Assembly (NCBI GenBank): GCA_038871515.1
Contig: JAVZHX010000001.1
Location: 160,001 to 224,000, forward strand
DNA length: 64,000 nt
From: Candidatus Micrarchaeia archaeon
Lineage (GTDB): Archaea > Micrarchaeota > Micrarchaeia > Burarchaeales > Fermentimicrarchaeaceae
Reading direction: 5' to 3'
Position numbers and translations under genes: made by a program. The notes beneath the pieces are model-generated. The model was not told the DNA's origin. It was given only the letters and a program-made list of their open reading frames with translations, and made no database searches. Shown here one piece after another: positions 51,663-62,531 of the stretch (position 1 is the first letter of the stretch; each line of letters begins with the position of its first letter).

Positions 51663-53482
51663 GCCTTATTCTTCAGCAAAATTCTCGGGAAGATCCCTAT
51701 TGCTTTTATTTCATCAAGCAACAGCTTGAACGCATAGCTTATCTCCACAGGGTGGAGCTCCTCTGTCTCACCACAGAGTGGGCAGTAGTTTCTGTTTCTT
51801 ATATAATCAACAACTGCAACGGAGCCGCATTTTCCGCATACAACCTCTGTTGTTTTATCAGATTCCTCAAGCATCCTTTCCTTCAGCAGCATGCTCGCCC
51901 CATGCCCTATCAAGCAGTCTCTCTCCATCTCACCAAACCTCAAACCACCCTCCCTCGCTCTCCCCTCAGTTGGCTGGTGGGTGAGAAGCTGAACAGGACC
52001 TCTGCTTCTCACGTGCATCTTATTTGAGACAAGATGATGCAACTTCTGGTAGTAAACCACTCCCATAAATATCTCTGCCTCTATTGCTTCCCCGCTTATT
52101 CCATCATACAACCTCTCCTTTCCATCTCTCTTGAAACCGTACTTCTCAAGAATTTCTGCAAAGCTCTCCTCCTTATCTCCGTTGAAAGCAGTTCCATCCA
52201 TTATTTTACCGCTTAATGAGGCAGCTTTGCCGCCAAGCATCTCAAGTATGTGCCCAGCAGTCATTCTTGATGGAATTGCATGTGGGTTGAGTATTAAATC
52301 TGGAACAATTCCCTGCTCTGTGAACGGCATATCCTCCTGGTTTGCAAGCAAACCTATAACTCCCTTCTGTCCATGGCGGGATGCGAATTTGTCTCCTGGC
52401 TCCGGTATTTTCAAGCTTCTTACTTTCACTTTGACAAGCTTGTTTCCGGAGGGGCTTTCTGTGAGAAGAACGGAGTCAACAAATCCCTCCTCTCCCTCCT
52501 TGAGAACAGTTGAGTTCTCCCTCTTCTTCTCCTCGGCTATACCAAAACCACTTACCTCTTCAAGGAACCTTGGGGGGGAGGTTTTCCCAACCAGCACATC
52601 CTTTGCTTTCACTTCTGCTTCTGGGAAGATTATTCCATCCTCTCCAAGCTTTGAATATGTTTCCTCCTCCCTGTAACCTGCAACTGTTGGGGGTGGAATC
52701 TCAAACTTATCCTTCTGCCCACCAGGGTATCTTCTTTCTTCCGTTTCATATGTTTTGTAGAAAACAGAACGAGCAAGCGCCCTGTCAATTGCATTTCTGT
52801 TCATCACAACTCCATCTCCCATGTTGTATCCATAGTAAGTTGCAACAGCGACAATGAAGTTCTGTCCCGCCGGCCTTCTTGAAAACTTCAATGTTCTATA
52901 CGGCCTTGTTTGAACAAGCGGCACCTGTGGGTAGTAAAGCAGATGCGCCCTTGAATCCATTCTTATATTCAGGTTGCTTGCATACAGCCCAAGCGACTGT
53001 TTGCTCATCGCGCATGCCATAGTTATTCTTGGTGAGGAGTTGTATTCAGGATAGGGAAGCTGGGCAACAGTCACACCGGTGATTGAAACTGGGTCTATTT
53101 CAAGGTGGGTGTGCTCCTCGGTAAGCTCCTCCTCCCTCACCGCAACATATGCGTTCTCCTCCTCCTCTGCATCTAAGTATTCGATTATTCCATTATTCAC
53201 AAGATAATCCCAAGAGATTTCGCGCTTCCTCAGCTTTTCAGCTAGCTCTGGTGTGAGCTTGCTTTTCCCTTTCTCAACAACAATATACGGTCTCCTCGCC
53301 CTTCCACTGTCGGTGTTTATGTAAACCGCATTCTCCTTTGAGGAGTGGGAGAAGTTAACTTGCTTATTTATCACACCGCTCCTTCTTTTCTCTCTCAGCG
53401 CAGCTATAAGCGAAACTCCATCCTCATGGAACCCAACAAGTCTTCCGTTTAAATACACTGCAGTTCTTTTTTGTTTTTCCAT
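51659..53482 (-). CDS. rpoB1: RNA polymerase subunit B' (Rpo2C)
   Basis: [22 protein letters not shown]. Confidence 0.97.
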
Positions 53483-53483
53483 T

Positions 53484-54950
53484 CTATCCCTCAATTTTCA
53501 CATTCATTTTCCTCAGCAATGCCTCAACGTTGCTCTCATCCTCCCCAGTGGATATGTCGCATAACAACGCAAGGTTTTTCACAAGCGCGCATGAAGGTCC
53601 TTCTGGCGATTCATTCGGGCACAGCTTCCCCCAGTGCGTTCCATGAAGGTCTCTTGCTTTGAAGTGCGGGTGCCTTCTGCTCAGAGGTGAGATAACTCTC
53701 CTCAAATGTGAAACAGTTGAAAGGTAGTTTGTTCTATCCAAAAGCTGAGAAACTCCTGTCTGCCCCGCAATCCAGTTGCCAGTTGCCATGGAATACCTGA
53801 TTCTCTCAGTAAGCGCATCCGGCCTAACAAGATTCTGAATTTGAAGCTTCCTTCCTCTTGCGGATGCTCTTTCAACTTGGTAGGCAATATCCTTTATCAG
53901 GAATTGAAAAGCGTACCTGAAAAGCTCCTCCATAAGGTTTCCGCTCAGCTTTATTCTCTTGTTCGCGTAATGATCCTTATCATCCGGAGTTGCTTTTCCA
54001 TACGCAACATTTATCGCTTTCTCAGCCATCTTGCATAGGTAGTATGCTTTTGTCAATCTAACCTTTGGGTCTGTGCCTATGTGCGGAAGAAGATAAACGT
54101 CAAGCAGTATTTCCGCCCTTCTTAGCTGATAAACTTTTGCCTGTCCCACAGCTGCTTTCTTACCAACTGCTTCAACTGCATCCTGTGGATTCTCTGTTTC
54201 ATCTATCTCCATGTTCATCAGTATATCATTCTGCACTTCCACATTATTGCTGAACGCATTGAGAATTTCCTTGTTTGGGTGCAAGCCCAGAGCTCTCAGA
54301 ACAGTTATCAAATTCAAATCCTTTGGCGCTGCTGGGAAAACAACTGCCAGCTCACCGTTAACGCTTCTCTCAACAACGCACCTTGCTCTGAAACCAAAAC
54401 GAGTTGAGAAAACTTTTGATGTGACAAGCGAGCCATCCTTCTCCTTTGAAACCATAATTCTGTTCGGAGCCAAATCCTCTATTCCAACAAGCACCCTCTC
54501 GCTTCCGTTTATTATGAAGTAACCGCCAGGGTCATTCGGATCCTCGCCTGCTTCAATAATCTCCTCCTCAGTCATCCCATCCAAGTGACACAGTTTTGAT
54601 TTTAACATCACAGGAAGCTCGCCAATGAAAACTTCCTGTGGGTATTTTCTTTCAACTCCTCCGATTATTTGGGTGAACTCCAAGTAGATGGGAGCGGCAT
54701 AGGTGAGATTTCTCATCCTTGCTTCAGCAGGAAGTATATCCCTTCTTGAGCCATCTGCTTCCACAATAATGGGTTTATCAAGCCTCACGCTGCCAAATTT
54801 GAGTTTGTAGTTTTCAACGTTCGGTTCAATTCCACCTACGTTGTTTATTATATTCTGAATACCTGACTCAATGAATTTGTTGTATGAATCAAGGTGCTGT
54901 GAAACAAGTTTATTATCTCTGAAATACTCATCTACCAAATCCCATTCCAT
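53484..54950 (-). CDS. rpoB2: RNA polymerase subunit B'' (Rpo2N)
   Basis: [24 protein letters not shown]. Confidence 0.97.
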   Translation of the reverse strand: MEWDLVDEYFRDNKLVSQHLDSYNKFIESGIQNIINNVGGIEPNVENYKLKFGSVRLDKPIIVEADGSRRDILPAEARMRNLTYAAPIYLEFTQIIGGVERKYPQEVFIGELPVMLKSKLCHLDGMTEEEIIEAGEDPNDPGGYFIINGSERVLVGIEDLAPNRIMVSKEKDGSLVTSKVFSTRFGFRARCVVERSVNGELAVVFPAAPKDLNLITVLRALGLHPNKEILNAFSNNVEVQNDILMNMEIDETENPQDAVEAVGKKAAVGQAKVYQLRRAEILLDVYLLPHIGTDPKVRLTKAYYLCKMAEKAINVAYGKATPDDKDHYANKRIKLSGNLMEELFRYAFQFLIKDIAYQVERASARGRKLQIQNLVRPDALTERIRYSMATGNWIAGQTGVSQLLDRTNYLSTVSHLRRVISPLSRRHPHFKARDLHGTHWGKLCPNESPEGPSCALVKNLALLCDISTGEDESNVEALLRKMNVKIEG

Positions 54951-54960
54951 ATTATCACTT

Positions 54961-55197
54961 TTATTTCACAACTAGGCGGTAGTAAACATTCTCTTTTGTG
55001 GCGTCATTTCGCGTTATCTTTATTATATCCCCTTCCTTTGCTCCAAGAAGCTTAACCTGTGGGTCGTGAAGTTTTATTTTAGGCAGCTTACTTTCATCCA
55101 CTCCTAGAGATGAGAGCAACTCCTCCTTTTTTGTTTTTGCCAGAATTTCGTGCTTGGGAACAAGGAAATGAGAAGCACGAAAATCGGCAGAAGTCAA
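54961..55197 (-). CDS. rpoH: RNA polymerase subunit H (Rpo5)
   Basis: HFLVPKH, LPKI...DP, YYRLV. Confidence 0.95.
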   Translation of the reverse strand: MTSADFRASHFLVPKHEILAKTKKEELLSSLGVDESKLPKIKLHDPQVKLLGAKEGDIIKITRNDATKENVYYRLVVK

Positions 55198-55416
55198 ACT
55201 ACCACCTAGCCAGAGTTAACCTATTATTTAGGTGGGCAAGTTTTTTAAACTTATCGTTAGAAAAGCTACGCTAATATTAAACTCGGCAGGTGCATTTCAC
55301 TTACTATTCTCAAACTTCACCTTCGTGAGTTGAATTAGCTTGTTCTTATATTTAAACATAACTACGTTATGCAACGATGCATGTGGATTTTAAATATCAA
55401 AAAATAAAATTAATTT

Positions 55417-55743
55417 ATGCTGAAGGAGGAAGCGACCAATGTGAAAACGAGTCGCTACTCGTTCAAGGATGAGAGGTATTTTTACTATTTGGTGAAGAGC
55501 AGGTTTCATGAAGTTGAGCAGAAAGCATGGATGGAAATAGGAAGGGTGATTAAAGAAAGGGGAAGCATAGATAGAGTGGATGCTGGTTTGATATTTTTTG
55601 GGAATGTGAAGGATGAGGATGAAACGTTAAAGAGAAATTTTGCAAAAAGAATGAAATACCTTGTTGACAACGGCGCTTTGAATGAGGAGGAAGTTTATGA
55701 GAAAATACCAAAGGAGAAACTGAAAAAGTACAGGTTGGAATAG
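55417..55743 (+). CDS. Hypothetical protein
   Basis: 108-aa ORF with upstream TATA-like TTTTAAATA. Confidence 0.6.
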   Translation: MLKEEATNVKTSRYSFKDERYFYYLVKSRFHEVEQKAWMEIGRVIKERGSIDRVDAGLIFFGNVKDEDETLKRNFAKRMKYLVDNGALNEEEVYEKIPKEKLKKYRLE

Positions 55744-55858
55744 CGCCGGGGGCGGGATTCGAACCCACGAGGACCTTTTGGGCCCAACAGCTTAGCAGGC
55801 TGCCGCCATTTAGTGCCGTGTTCTTTTCAGAAGCAAGGAACCACTAGGCGACCCCGGC
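55744..55858 (-). tRNA. tRNA-Ser(GCT) with 30-nt non-canonical D-loop intron (55810-55839)
   Basis: GCCGGGG/CCCCGGC acceptor, GCT anticodon, long variable arm; BHB with AGTG/CACT central helix. Confidence 0.93.
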
Positions 55859-55894
55859 ACGTGTTATCTATTTATTGTATATATTTTTATTAAT

Positions 55895-56196
55895 GCGGTG
55901 GGCTTCACTGGAATTGATAGGAGTCAGCTCACCCGGTTGTTCAGGCTTGGGCTGGACTTTGTGACTTGCTAGCATGGAAAACTCCACTTGCAGAGCAATG
56001 CTTCTGCAATTTGTGTTTAGGGTTGCTCCTTTCGGCCTGGCCCGGTTCGCACAATCCTCCATCCAGCAAGGCAAAGCTTCAACGCTTGCGCCTGAGCCGA
56101 GATGAGATGGCTCGAACCTTTTCCAGCTTTTCGGTCTCACCGTGAAGGGGGTTTGTGATTACAGGAGACCCCTAACCTCCCGACCTATCCCACCGC
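55895..56196 (-). ncRNA. ffs: SRP (7S) RNA
   Basis: About 300 nt, terminal helix GCGGTGGG/CCCACCGC, helix-8 motif GCCAGGCCGAAAGGAGCAACC; upstream of tRNA-Ser. Confidence 0.92.
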
Positions 56197-56350
56197 GTAG
56201 TAATATTCTTTTCAAAAGTTTATATAGTTTATCTACTGGTTTGCAACGGAAAAATGCAGAAAGGTTTTTAAATATCTCCTTCATAAAATTATCCACGCTT
56301 TTCTACGACTGAAGTCTGGGGTTCCCGGCCCCCTTTCTAGAGGTCTTATT

Positions 56351-57340
56351 ATGGGAAAGATACGAAAGCCAAGAAGTGGGTCTCTTGCCGTGAGACCGAG
56401 GAAAAGGGCGAGCAGGCAGAACGCTCGCATCGCTAGCTGGCCCACCAGTGAGGAAACAAAGCTGCTTGGGTTTGCTGGTTTCAAAGCAGGCATGACGCAC
56501 GCGACAATGATTGATGACACTCCGGGTTCACCAACAAAGGGGCATGAAATTTCTGTGCCTGTGACTGTTGTTGAAACCCCTCCTCTTTTTGTTTTTGGTT
56601 TGCGCGCTTATTCTCGTGGTGCTTCTGGCTTGAAAACTTTTTCTGATGTTTATGCAAAGGAGATTGACAAAAAAATTGCTGAGATGCTGAATTTGAAAAA
56701 AACGAATTATGAGGAAGCTTTGAAGAAGGTTGAGGAGAATGCAGATAAAATTTGTGATGTGAGAGTTCTTGCCGTGACAACTCCGTATAAAACTGGTTTT
56801 GGGAGAAAGAAGCCAGACGTTGTGGAGATTGCGGTTGGTGGAAAGAATGTGAAGGAGAAGCTGGAGTTCTGCAAGAGTATTTTGGGGAAGGAAGTGAAAG
56901 CGAGTGATGTTTTTTCAGAGGGGGAGCGTGTTGATGTTATAAGCGTAACTAAAGGGAAGGGATGGCAGGGAGCTGTGAAGAGGTTTGGAGTTCATCTCCA
57001 GAGAAGGAAGGCAACTGGAAGAAGAAGGCATGTTGGAACGCTTGGCCCGTGGCATCCCGCAAGGGTTATGTATACAACCCCTATGGCTGGGCAGATGGGT
57101 TATCACAAAAGAACTGAGCATAATAAGAGAATATTGAAAATAGCGAAGGGAGAGGAGGTTAATCCAAAAGGTGGTTTTCTGAATTATGGGGTTGTGAAGA
57201 ATGAATGCGTGCTTGTGAAGGGTTCAGTGGGCGGTCCTTGCAAGAGAATTGTTAAGTTTAGAAAGGCGATGAGAATTGTTGATAAACCGGTAAAGCCAGA
57301 AATAAAATACATTTCAAAAGAGTCAAAGCAGGGTGCTTGA
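56351..57340 (+). CDS. rpl3: Ribosomal protein L3
   Basis: GFKAGMTH, TKGKGWQG, AGQMGYH. Confidence 0.97.
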   Translation: MGKIRKPRSGSLAVRPRKRASRQNARIASWPTSEETKLLGFAGFKAGMTHATMIDDTPGSPTKGHEISVPVTVVETPPLFVFGLRAYSRGASGLKTFSDVYAKEIDKKIAEMLNLKKTNYEEALKKVEENADKICDVRVLAVTTPYKTGFGRKKPDVVEIAVGGKNVKEKLEFCKSILGKEVKASDVFSEGERVDVISVTKGKGWQGAVKRFGVHLQRRKATGRRRHVGTLGPWHPARVMYTTPMAGQMGYHKRTEHNKRILKIAKGEEVNPKGGFLNYGVVKNECVLVKGSVGGPCKRIVKFRKAMRIVDKPVKPEIKYISKESKQGA

Positions 57341-57341
57341 A

Positions 57342-58130
57342 ATGAAAGCTCATGTTTATTCACTTGACGGAAATCCAATTGAAGAGATAGAGCTGCCGAA
57401 GCAGTTTGAGGAGGAGGTTAGGGAGGAGTTGATAAGAAGGGCTGTGCTTGCCGAGCAGAGCAGAAAGTATCAGCCAAAAGGTGTGTTCAAGCTTGCTGGT
57501 ATGCAGACAACTGCTGAATACCGTGGGAGAAAGGAAGCATATGGCTCAATAAAAAACAGGGGTATATCAAGATTGCCGAGGGAGAAGTTTCCAAAAGGGA
57601 GGTTTGGGAAGGTTAGAATTGTTCCGTTTTCAGTGAAGGGAAGAAGAGCGCATCCACCAAAGCAAGAGAAAGTTTTGGTTGAGAGAATTAATAAGAAGGA
57701 GCATCAGAAAGCGCTGAGAAGCGCAATAGCTGCAACTGCAAGAAAGGAGTTTGTTGAGGGGAGAGGACACAGAGTTGAAGGCGTGAGGGAAATTCCTTTG
57801 ATTGTTGAGGATAAATTTGAGGAGTTGAGCAAAACAAAAGAAGTGGTTAGATGCTTGAAAGCATTGGGAGTTGAGAAAGAATTGGAGAGAGTAAGAAGGA
57901 AGAAAGCAAGTGGAGTGAAGGGAAGGAGGAGAGGGGGGAAAGTAGAGAGTAAATCATTGCTTGTGGTAGTTGGAAATGGAAGCAGAGTTGTGAGAGCAGC
58001 AAGAAATCTTCCCGGAGTGGATGTGAAAAGCGTCAGCGAGCTTGATATAACCTCGCTTGCTCCAGGCACGCAAGCAGGAAGGTTAACTCTGTGGAGCAGG
58101 AGAGCTGTGGAGGAGTTAAGGAAGGTGTAA
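57342..58130 (+). CDS. rpl4: Ribosomal protein L4
   Basis: [20 protein letters not shown]. Confidence 0.97.
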   Translation: MKAHVYSLDGNPIEEIELPKQFEEEVREELIRRAVLAEQSRKYQPKGVFKLAGMQTTAEYRGRKEAYGSIKNRGISRLPREKFPKGRFGKVRIVPFSVKGRRAHPPKQEKVLVERINKKEHQKALRSAIAATARKEFVEGRGHRVEGVREIPLIVEDKFEELSKTKEVVRCLKALGVEKELERVRRKKASGVKGRRRGGKVESKSLLVVVGNGSRVVRAARNLPGVDVKSVSELDITSLAPGTQAGRLTLWSRRAVEELRKV

Positions 58131-58132
58131 GC

Positions 58133-58378
58133 ATGTTGATTCATCCTGTTGCAACTGAAAAAGCAATTGCGCTTATAGAGAAAGAGAATAAGCTTACGTT
58201 TATTGTTGGGAGAAATGCGACAAAGAAGCAGATTGCGGAGGAGGTTGAAAAAGCATATAATGTGAAAGTTGAGAAGGTGAATACGTTGATAACTGCGGAT
58301 GGGAAGAAGAAAGCGTATGTGAAGCTTCAGAAAGGTTACTCGGCGGATGAGCTGGCTGCCAAGTTGAAAATCATATAG
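58133..58378 (+). CDS. rpl23: Ribosomal protein L23
   Basis: PVATEKA, KKAYVKL. Confidence 0.97.
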   Translation: MLIHPVATEKAIALIEKENKLTFIVGRNATKKQIAEEVEKAYNVKVEKVNTLITADGKKKAYVKLQKGYSADELAAKLKII

Positions 58379-58386
58379 GTGTAATT

Positions 58387-59142
58387 ATGGGGAAGAGGTT
58401 GCTGCAGCAAAGGCTTGGGAAGGGTTCTCCTAGCTTCAGGAGGCCATCCCATAGATTCAAAGCAGATGTTGAGTTCAGGAAGCTGGATGAAGTTGAAAAG
58501 GAGGGGAAGCTTACTGGGTGGATTGTTGATTTGGTTGATGACCCTGCAAGGAATGCGCTGCTTATGGAAGTTGAGTTTGAGAATGGGGAGAGAAGGTTTT
58601 TCATAGCGCCGGAGGGAGCTGCTGTTGGAGATGTGGTTGAAGTTGGAAGGAATGCTGAGCTAAAACCTGGTAATGTGCTTCCGCTTCTTCAAATTCCGGA
58701 TGGAATTCCTGTTTACAACATTGAGATAACGCCAAGCGATGGAGGAAAACTTGTGAGAACTGCAGGCACTTCTGCTTTTGTTGTTTCTCATGAAGATGGA
58801 AAGGTGACTGTTAAGCTTCCTTCTAAAAAAGTTAAGGTGCTTGATGGAAGATGCAGAGCGCAGATTGGGGTGATATGCGGAGGAGGGAGACTGGAGAAAC
58901 CTCTTCTTAAAGCAGGAAAGATGTTCTATGCGATGGCTGCTGTTAACAGAAGATGGCCGAATGTGAGGGGAGTTGCAATGAACCCATACAACCATCCGTT
59001 TGGAGGGAAGGAGCATCACAGGGGAAGGGGTTCTGCAGTTTCAAGAAGCACTCCGCCTGGCAGGAAGGTTGGGCATATTGCTGCAAGGAGAACTGGAAGG
59101 AGAAGGGGGAAGGCAAGCAAGGAGGAGAAGATGGGTGAGTAG
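58387..59142 (+). CDS. rpl2: Ribosomal protein L2
   Basis: VRGVAMNPYNHPFGG, GRKVGHIAARRTG. Confidence 0.97.
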   Translation: MGKRLLQQRLGKGSPSFRRPSHRFKADVEFRKLDEVEKEGKLTGWIVDLVDDPARNALLMEVEFENGERRFFIAPEGAAVGDVVEVGRNAELKPGNVLPLLQIPDGIPVYNIEITPSDGGKLVRTAGTSAFVVSHEDGKVTVKLPSKKVKVLDGRCRAQIGVICGGGRLEKPLLKAGKMFYAMAAVNRRWPNVRGVAMNPYNHPFGGKEHHRGRGSAVSRSTPPGRKVGHIAARRTGRRRGKASKEEKMGE

Positions 59143-59535
59143 ATGGCAAGAAAGATTCTGTACAGGGGTAAAACGCTTGAGGAGTTGAAGGAGATGACTG
59201 CTGATGAGTTCGCAAAGTTGCTCACAGCAAGGGAGAGGAGAGCGCTGAGAAGGGCAAACCCCCAGTACAGGAAACTGCTTGAGAAAGTTAGGAAAGTTAT
59301 CGGTGAGGGAAAGGAGAAGGTGATAAAAACGCACGTGAGGGATGCGGTGATACTGCCTGAATGGGTTGGCTTGAAGTTTGGCGTTCATAATGGAAAAGAA
59401 TTCAAGGTTGTTGAGATAAAGCCTGAGATGATTGGCTTCAGGCTTGGGGATTTCTCGCACACAACTGGCAGAGTTATACATTCTGGCCCAGGTGTTGGTG
59501 CGACAAGAGGTTCAAAGTATATACCGCTTAAGTAG
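59143..59535 (+). CDS. rps19: Ribosomal protein S19
   Basis: HNGKEF, GATRGSKYIPLK. Confidence 0.97.
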   Translation: MARKILYRGKTLEELKEMTADEFAKLLTARERRALRRANPQYRKLLEKVRKVIGEGKEKVIKTHVRDAVILPEWVGLKFGVHNGKEFKVVEIKPEMIGFRLGDFSHTTGRVIHSGPGVGATRGSKYIPLK

Positions 59536-59537
59536 GT

Positions 59538-59987
59538 GTGATGATGAAGCTTGGTTACTCAGTGAAAAGTGAGGGGAGAGTTGCAAGAGCTCAGATGCAC
59601 GATGTTGATGCATCATTCAAAGATTTGACTCAGGTTTGTAGTAGTATAAGGGGAAAAGAAGTTTCGGAAGCAGTGAGACTGCTTGAGGAAGTGAGGCTTG
59701 GCAAAATTCCAATTCATTACAGGAAGTTCAATAAAAAGCTTGGGCATAGGAGGGAGTTGGGAGGTAAGAAGGGAAGATACCCAAAGAAGAGCGCGGAAAT
59801 TGTTCTTGAAGTTTTGAAAAATGCAGTTGCAAACGCGCGTTACAAAGGATTGGGGGAGAAGCTTGTGGTGAAGCACGCTGCTGCGAATAAGCAGAATATT
59901 TACCCAAGGATTGCTTCAAAGGGAAGAGCTATGAGGTCGGATTATGAAACTGCAAGAATTGAGGTAGTGCTTGAGGAGTTGAAGTGA
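59538..59987 (+). CDS. rpl22: Ribosomal protein L22
   Basis: GRYPKK, NAVANA. Confidence 0.95.
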   Translation: MMMKLGYSVKSEGRVARAQMHDVDASFKDLTQVCSSIRGKEVSEAVRLLEEVRLGKIPIHYRKFNKKLGHRRELGGKKGRYPKKSAEIVLEVLKNAVANARYKGLGEKLVVKHAAANKQNIYPRIASKGRAMRSDYETARIEVVLEELK

Positions 59988-59988
59988 T

Positions 59989-60654
59989 ATGGCAGTTGAA
60001 AGAAAATTTATAGATGATTCAATAAGCAGGTATAAGCTTGCAAGATACCTTGAGAAAGAGTTGGATAGAGCGGGTTTCTCAGGGGTGGAGATACAGAGAA
60101 CGCCGATGGTGACAAGAATTAACGTTGCTGTTACAAAGCCAGGCAAGGTTATTGGAAGGAAGGGAAGAACAATTGCTGAGCTCACTGAAGCAATACAGAG
60201 GAACTTTGGAATTGAGAATCCACAGATAAGTGTTACGGAAGTTACAAATGAAAATCTTGAGCCAAGATTGGTTGCAAAGAGAGTTGTGAGGGCGATAGAG
60301 ATGGGCGGGAATGTGAGGGCGCTTCTGCACTTCACATTGAAAACAATTATGGATGCTGGCGCGCTTGGAGCTGAGATAATTGCAAGCGGCAAGATTGCTG
60401 CAAAGGGAGCAAGGGCGAAAACGCTTAGAGTTGGAGCGGGTTACATACCGAAAGCAGGGGAGCCAGCGAGGTTGGTGAGAAGCGCGCATGTAACTGCATA
60501 TCCAAAGTTTGGCGCAATTGGGGTGCTTGTGAGAATTGTTCCTCCTGGAACGGTTTTTCCGGATAAGGAGGGGGTAAAACCTGTTGAGCTTCCCAGGGTT
60601 ATAAAGGAGGCAAGTGAGGAGAGTGAGAAGGATGGCGGTGTTAAGAGCGAGTGA
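59989..60654 (+). CDS. rps3: Ribosomal protein S3
   Basis: PGKVIGRKG, GAEIIASGK. Confidence 0.97.
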   Translation: MAVERKFIDDSISRYKLARYLEKELDRAGFSGVEIQRTPMVTRINVAVTKPGKVIGRKGRTIAELTEAIQRNFGIENPQISVTEVTNENLEPRLVAKRVVRAIEMGGNVRALLHFTLKTIMDAGALGAEIIASGKIAAKGARAKTLRVGAGYIPKAGEPARLVRSAHVTAYPKFGAIGVLVRIVPPGTVFPDKEGVKPVELPRVIKEASEESEKDGGVKSE

Positions 60655-60838
60655 GCTCAGGCAGATGGATGTGGATGCGTTGAAGAGCAAGCTAGCTGAG
60701 CTGAAAAACGAGCTGAGAGTTGAGAGAGGACACGTTGCTGGTGGGGGAAGGGCAACAAACCCTGGGAGGATAAGGGAGGTAAGGAGGAGTATTGCAAGGG
60801 TGTTGACGGTTCTCAAGGAGAAAGGAGTTGAAATTTGA
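60632..60838 (+). CDS. rpl29: Ribosomal protein L29
   Basis: NPGRIREVRRSIARVLT. Confidence 0.95.
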   Translation: MAVLRASELRQMDVDALKSKLAELKNELRVERGHVAGGGRATNPGRIREVRRSIARVLTVLKEKGVEI

Positions 60839-60855
60839 GGAGGTGAGAGAGTTAG

Positions 60856-61161
60856 ATGGGAGAGATATGCCCCAAGTGTGGGCTTCCGAAAGAGATATGC
60901 GCGTGCGAAGCCCTGGAGAGAGAAGCTGCGAGGAGAATAAAAGTATACAGCACAAAGAAAAAATTTGGAAAGCTTGTGACAGTGATTGAGGGGTTGAATG
61001 AAAATGAGCTTGAGAAAATTGCAAAGGAGCTTAAGAGAAAGCTGGCGTGCGGAGGAACTTCAAAGGATGGGATGGTTGTGTTGCAGGGGGAACATAGAGA
61101 GAAAATTAAGGAGTTGCTTGGGAAGATGGGTTATGCTGAAGACAGTATAGATGTGGTTTGA
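60856..61161 (+). CDS. Translation factor SUI1/aIF1
   Basis: CPKCGLP..C.C, LACGGT, LQGEHR. Confidence 0.95.
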   Translation: MGEICPKCGLPKEICACEALEREAARRIKVYSTKKKFGKLVTVIEGLNENELEKIAKELKRKLACGGTSKDGMVVLQGEHREKIKELLGKMGYAEDSIDVV

Positions 61162-61451
61162 TGATAGACAGAAACAATATATTGATTCACGAGTTGATTG
61201 GTTTGGAAGCGGAAGTTTTGAGCAGCACTTGCAAGAATCTTGCTGGGATGAGAGGGAGAGTTGTGAATGAAACGAAAAACACTTTGGAGGTTGAGAAGGG
61301 AAGAGATGTAAAGGTGATTCCAAAAAAGATTGCAATGTTCAGATTCTATCTGCCAAACGGCGAGTTTGCTGATGTTGATGGAAAACTGATACAGCACAAC
61401 CCGGAGGATAGGCCAAAAAAACTTTTGAAGTATGTTAGGAAGGTGGAATGA
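61158..61451 (+). CDS. rnp1: RNase P protein Rpp29/Pop4
   Basis: HELIGL, GRVVNETKN, PEDR. Confidence 0.93.
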   Translation: MMIDRNNILIHELIGLEAEVLSSTCKNLAGMRGRVVNETKNTLEVEKGRDVKVIPKKIAMFRFYLPNGEFADVDGKLIQHNPEDRPKKLLKYVRKVE

Positions 61452-61750
61452 TGGTTGAGTGCAATGATAAAAAGTGTTTCAAGCATGGAAATGTGAAGCT
61501 GAGGGGAGGAGTTCTACAGGGAGTGGTTGTAAGCGATAAGGGAAAGAGAACGGTTGTAGTGGAAAGACCTTTGACAAAGTATATTTCAAAGTATGAGAGG
61601 TTCGCAAGAACGCATTCAAGGATAGCTGCGCACAACCCAGATTGCATTGGAGCTAAGGAGGGAGACGTTGTGAAAATTGCTGAGTGCAGAAAGCTCAGCA
61701 GAACAAAAGCGTGGAGCGTTGTTGAGATAGTGAAGAGGGGTTCAAAATGA
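61448..61750 (+). CDS. rps17: Ribosomal protein S17
   Basis: KYERF, AHNPDC, ECRKLSRTK. Confidence 0.96.
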   Translation: MMVECNDKKCFKHGNVKLRGGVLQGVVVSDKGKRTVVVERPLTKYISKYERFARTHSRIAAHNPDCIGAKEGDVVKIAECRKLSRTKAWSVVEIVKRGSK

Positions 61751-62145
61751 AAGGGTTGCAGAGCAAGGTTCCGAGAGGGTTGACGATAGGTTCGTATGTG
61801 CTTTGCGATGATAACAGCGGAGCGAAGGTGGTTCAAATTATTGGGGTGCTTGGGGTTCATACAAAAAGAACAAGGTATCCCTCTGTTGGAGTTGGGGATG
61901 TGGTGATTGTTGCTGTGAAGAAAGGTGCGCCTGAGATGAAGAAAAAAATTGAGAGGGCTGTTGTGATAAGACAGAAAAGGCCGATAAGAAGGGCAGGTGG
62001 GATGAGGGTGGAGTTTGAGGATAATGCGGTTGCCTTAATTGATGAGGCAGGTTTGCCGAAAGCAACTGAAGTGAAAGGCGCGGTTGCAAGGGAAGTTATT
62101 GAGAGATTTCCGAAAATTGCCGGAGTTGCCGGTGCGGTGGTGTGA
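61747..62145 (+). CDS. rpl14: Ribosomal protein L14
   Basis: DDNSGAK, FEDNAV. Confidence 0.97.
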   Translation: MKGLQSKVPRGLTIGSYVLCDDNSGAKVVQIIGVLGVHTKRTRYPSVGVGDVVIVAVKKGAPEMKKKIERAVVIRQKRPIRRAGGMRVEFEDNAVALIDEAGLPKATEVKGAVAREVIERFPKIAGVAGAVV

Positions 62146-62531
62146 TGGCGTTAACTCAATCAAGAAAACCTAGAAAGCAGAGGAAGGCAAGGGCAGAGGC
62201 GCCGCTGCATGCGAGGAGGCAGTTTGTTTCAGTTCATCTCAGCAAGGAAGTTAAGGAGAAGCTGAAGATAAAGAAGAGAAGCTTGCCGGTGAGAAAGGGG
62301 GATAAAGTGAAAGTTATGGCGGGTGAGTTCAAAGGGCATACTGGAAAAGTTGTGAGAGTTGATTTGAGAGATTGCAAGGTGTATGTTGAGGGAGTGGTGA
62401 GGAGGAGGGGGAAGGGAGGGGAGTCACAGGTTCCAATTCACCCATCAAAGCTGATGATTGTTGAGGTTGATTTGTCTGATAAAAAAAGAAGCGCTGCGCT
62501 GAATAAACATGGAGTTGGAGGGGTAGGTTAA
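62142..62531 (+). CDS. rpl24: Ribosomal protein L24
   Basis: PRKQRK, VRKGDKVKVMAG, IHPSK. Confidence 0.96.
   Translation: MMALTQSRKPRKQRKARAEAPLHARRQFVSVHLSKEVKEKLKIKKRSLPVRKGDKVKVMAGEFKGHTGKVVRVDLRDCKVYVEGVVRRRGKGGESQVPIHPSKLMIVEVDLSDKKRSAALNKHGVGGVG

Noticed and set aside
55868..56140. 90-aa minus-strand ORF
   Set aside because: Lies within the SRP RNA gene
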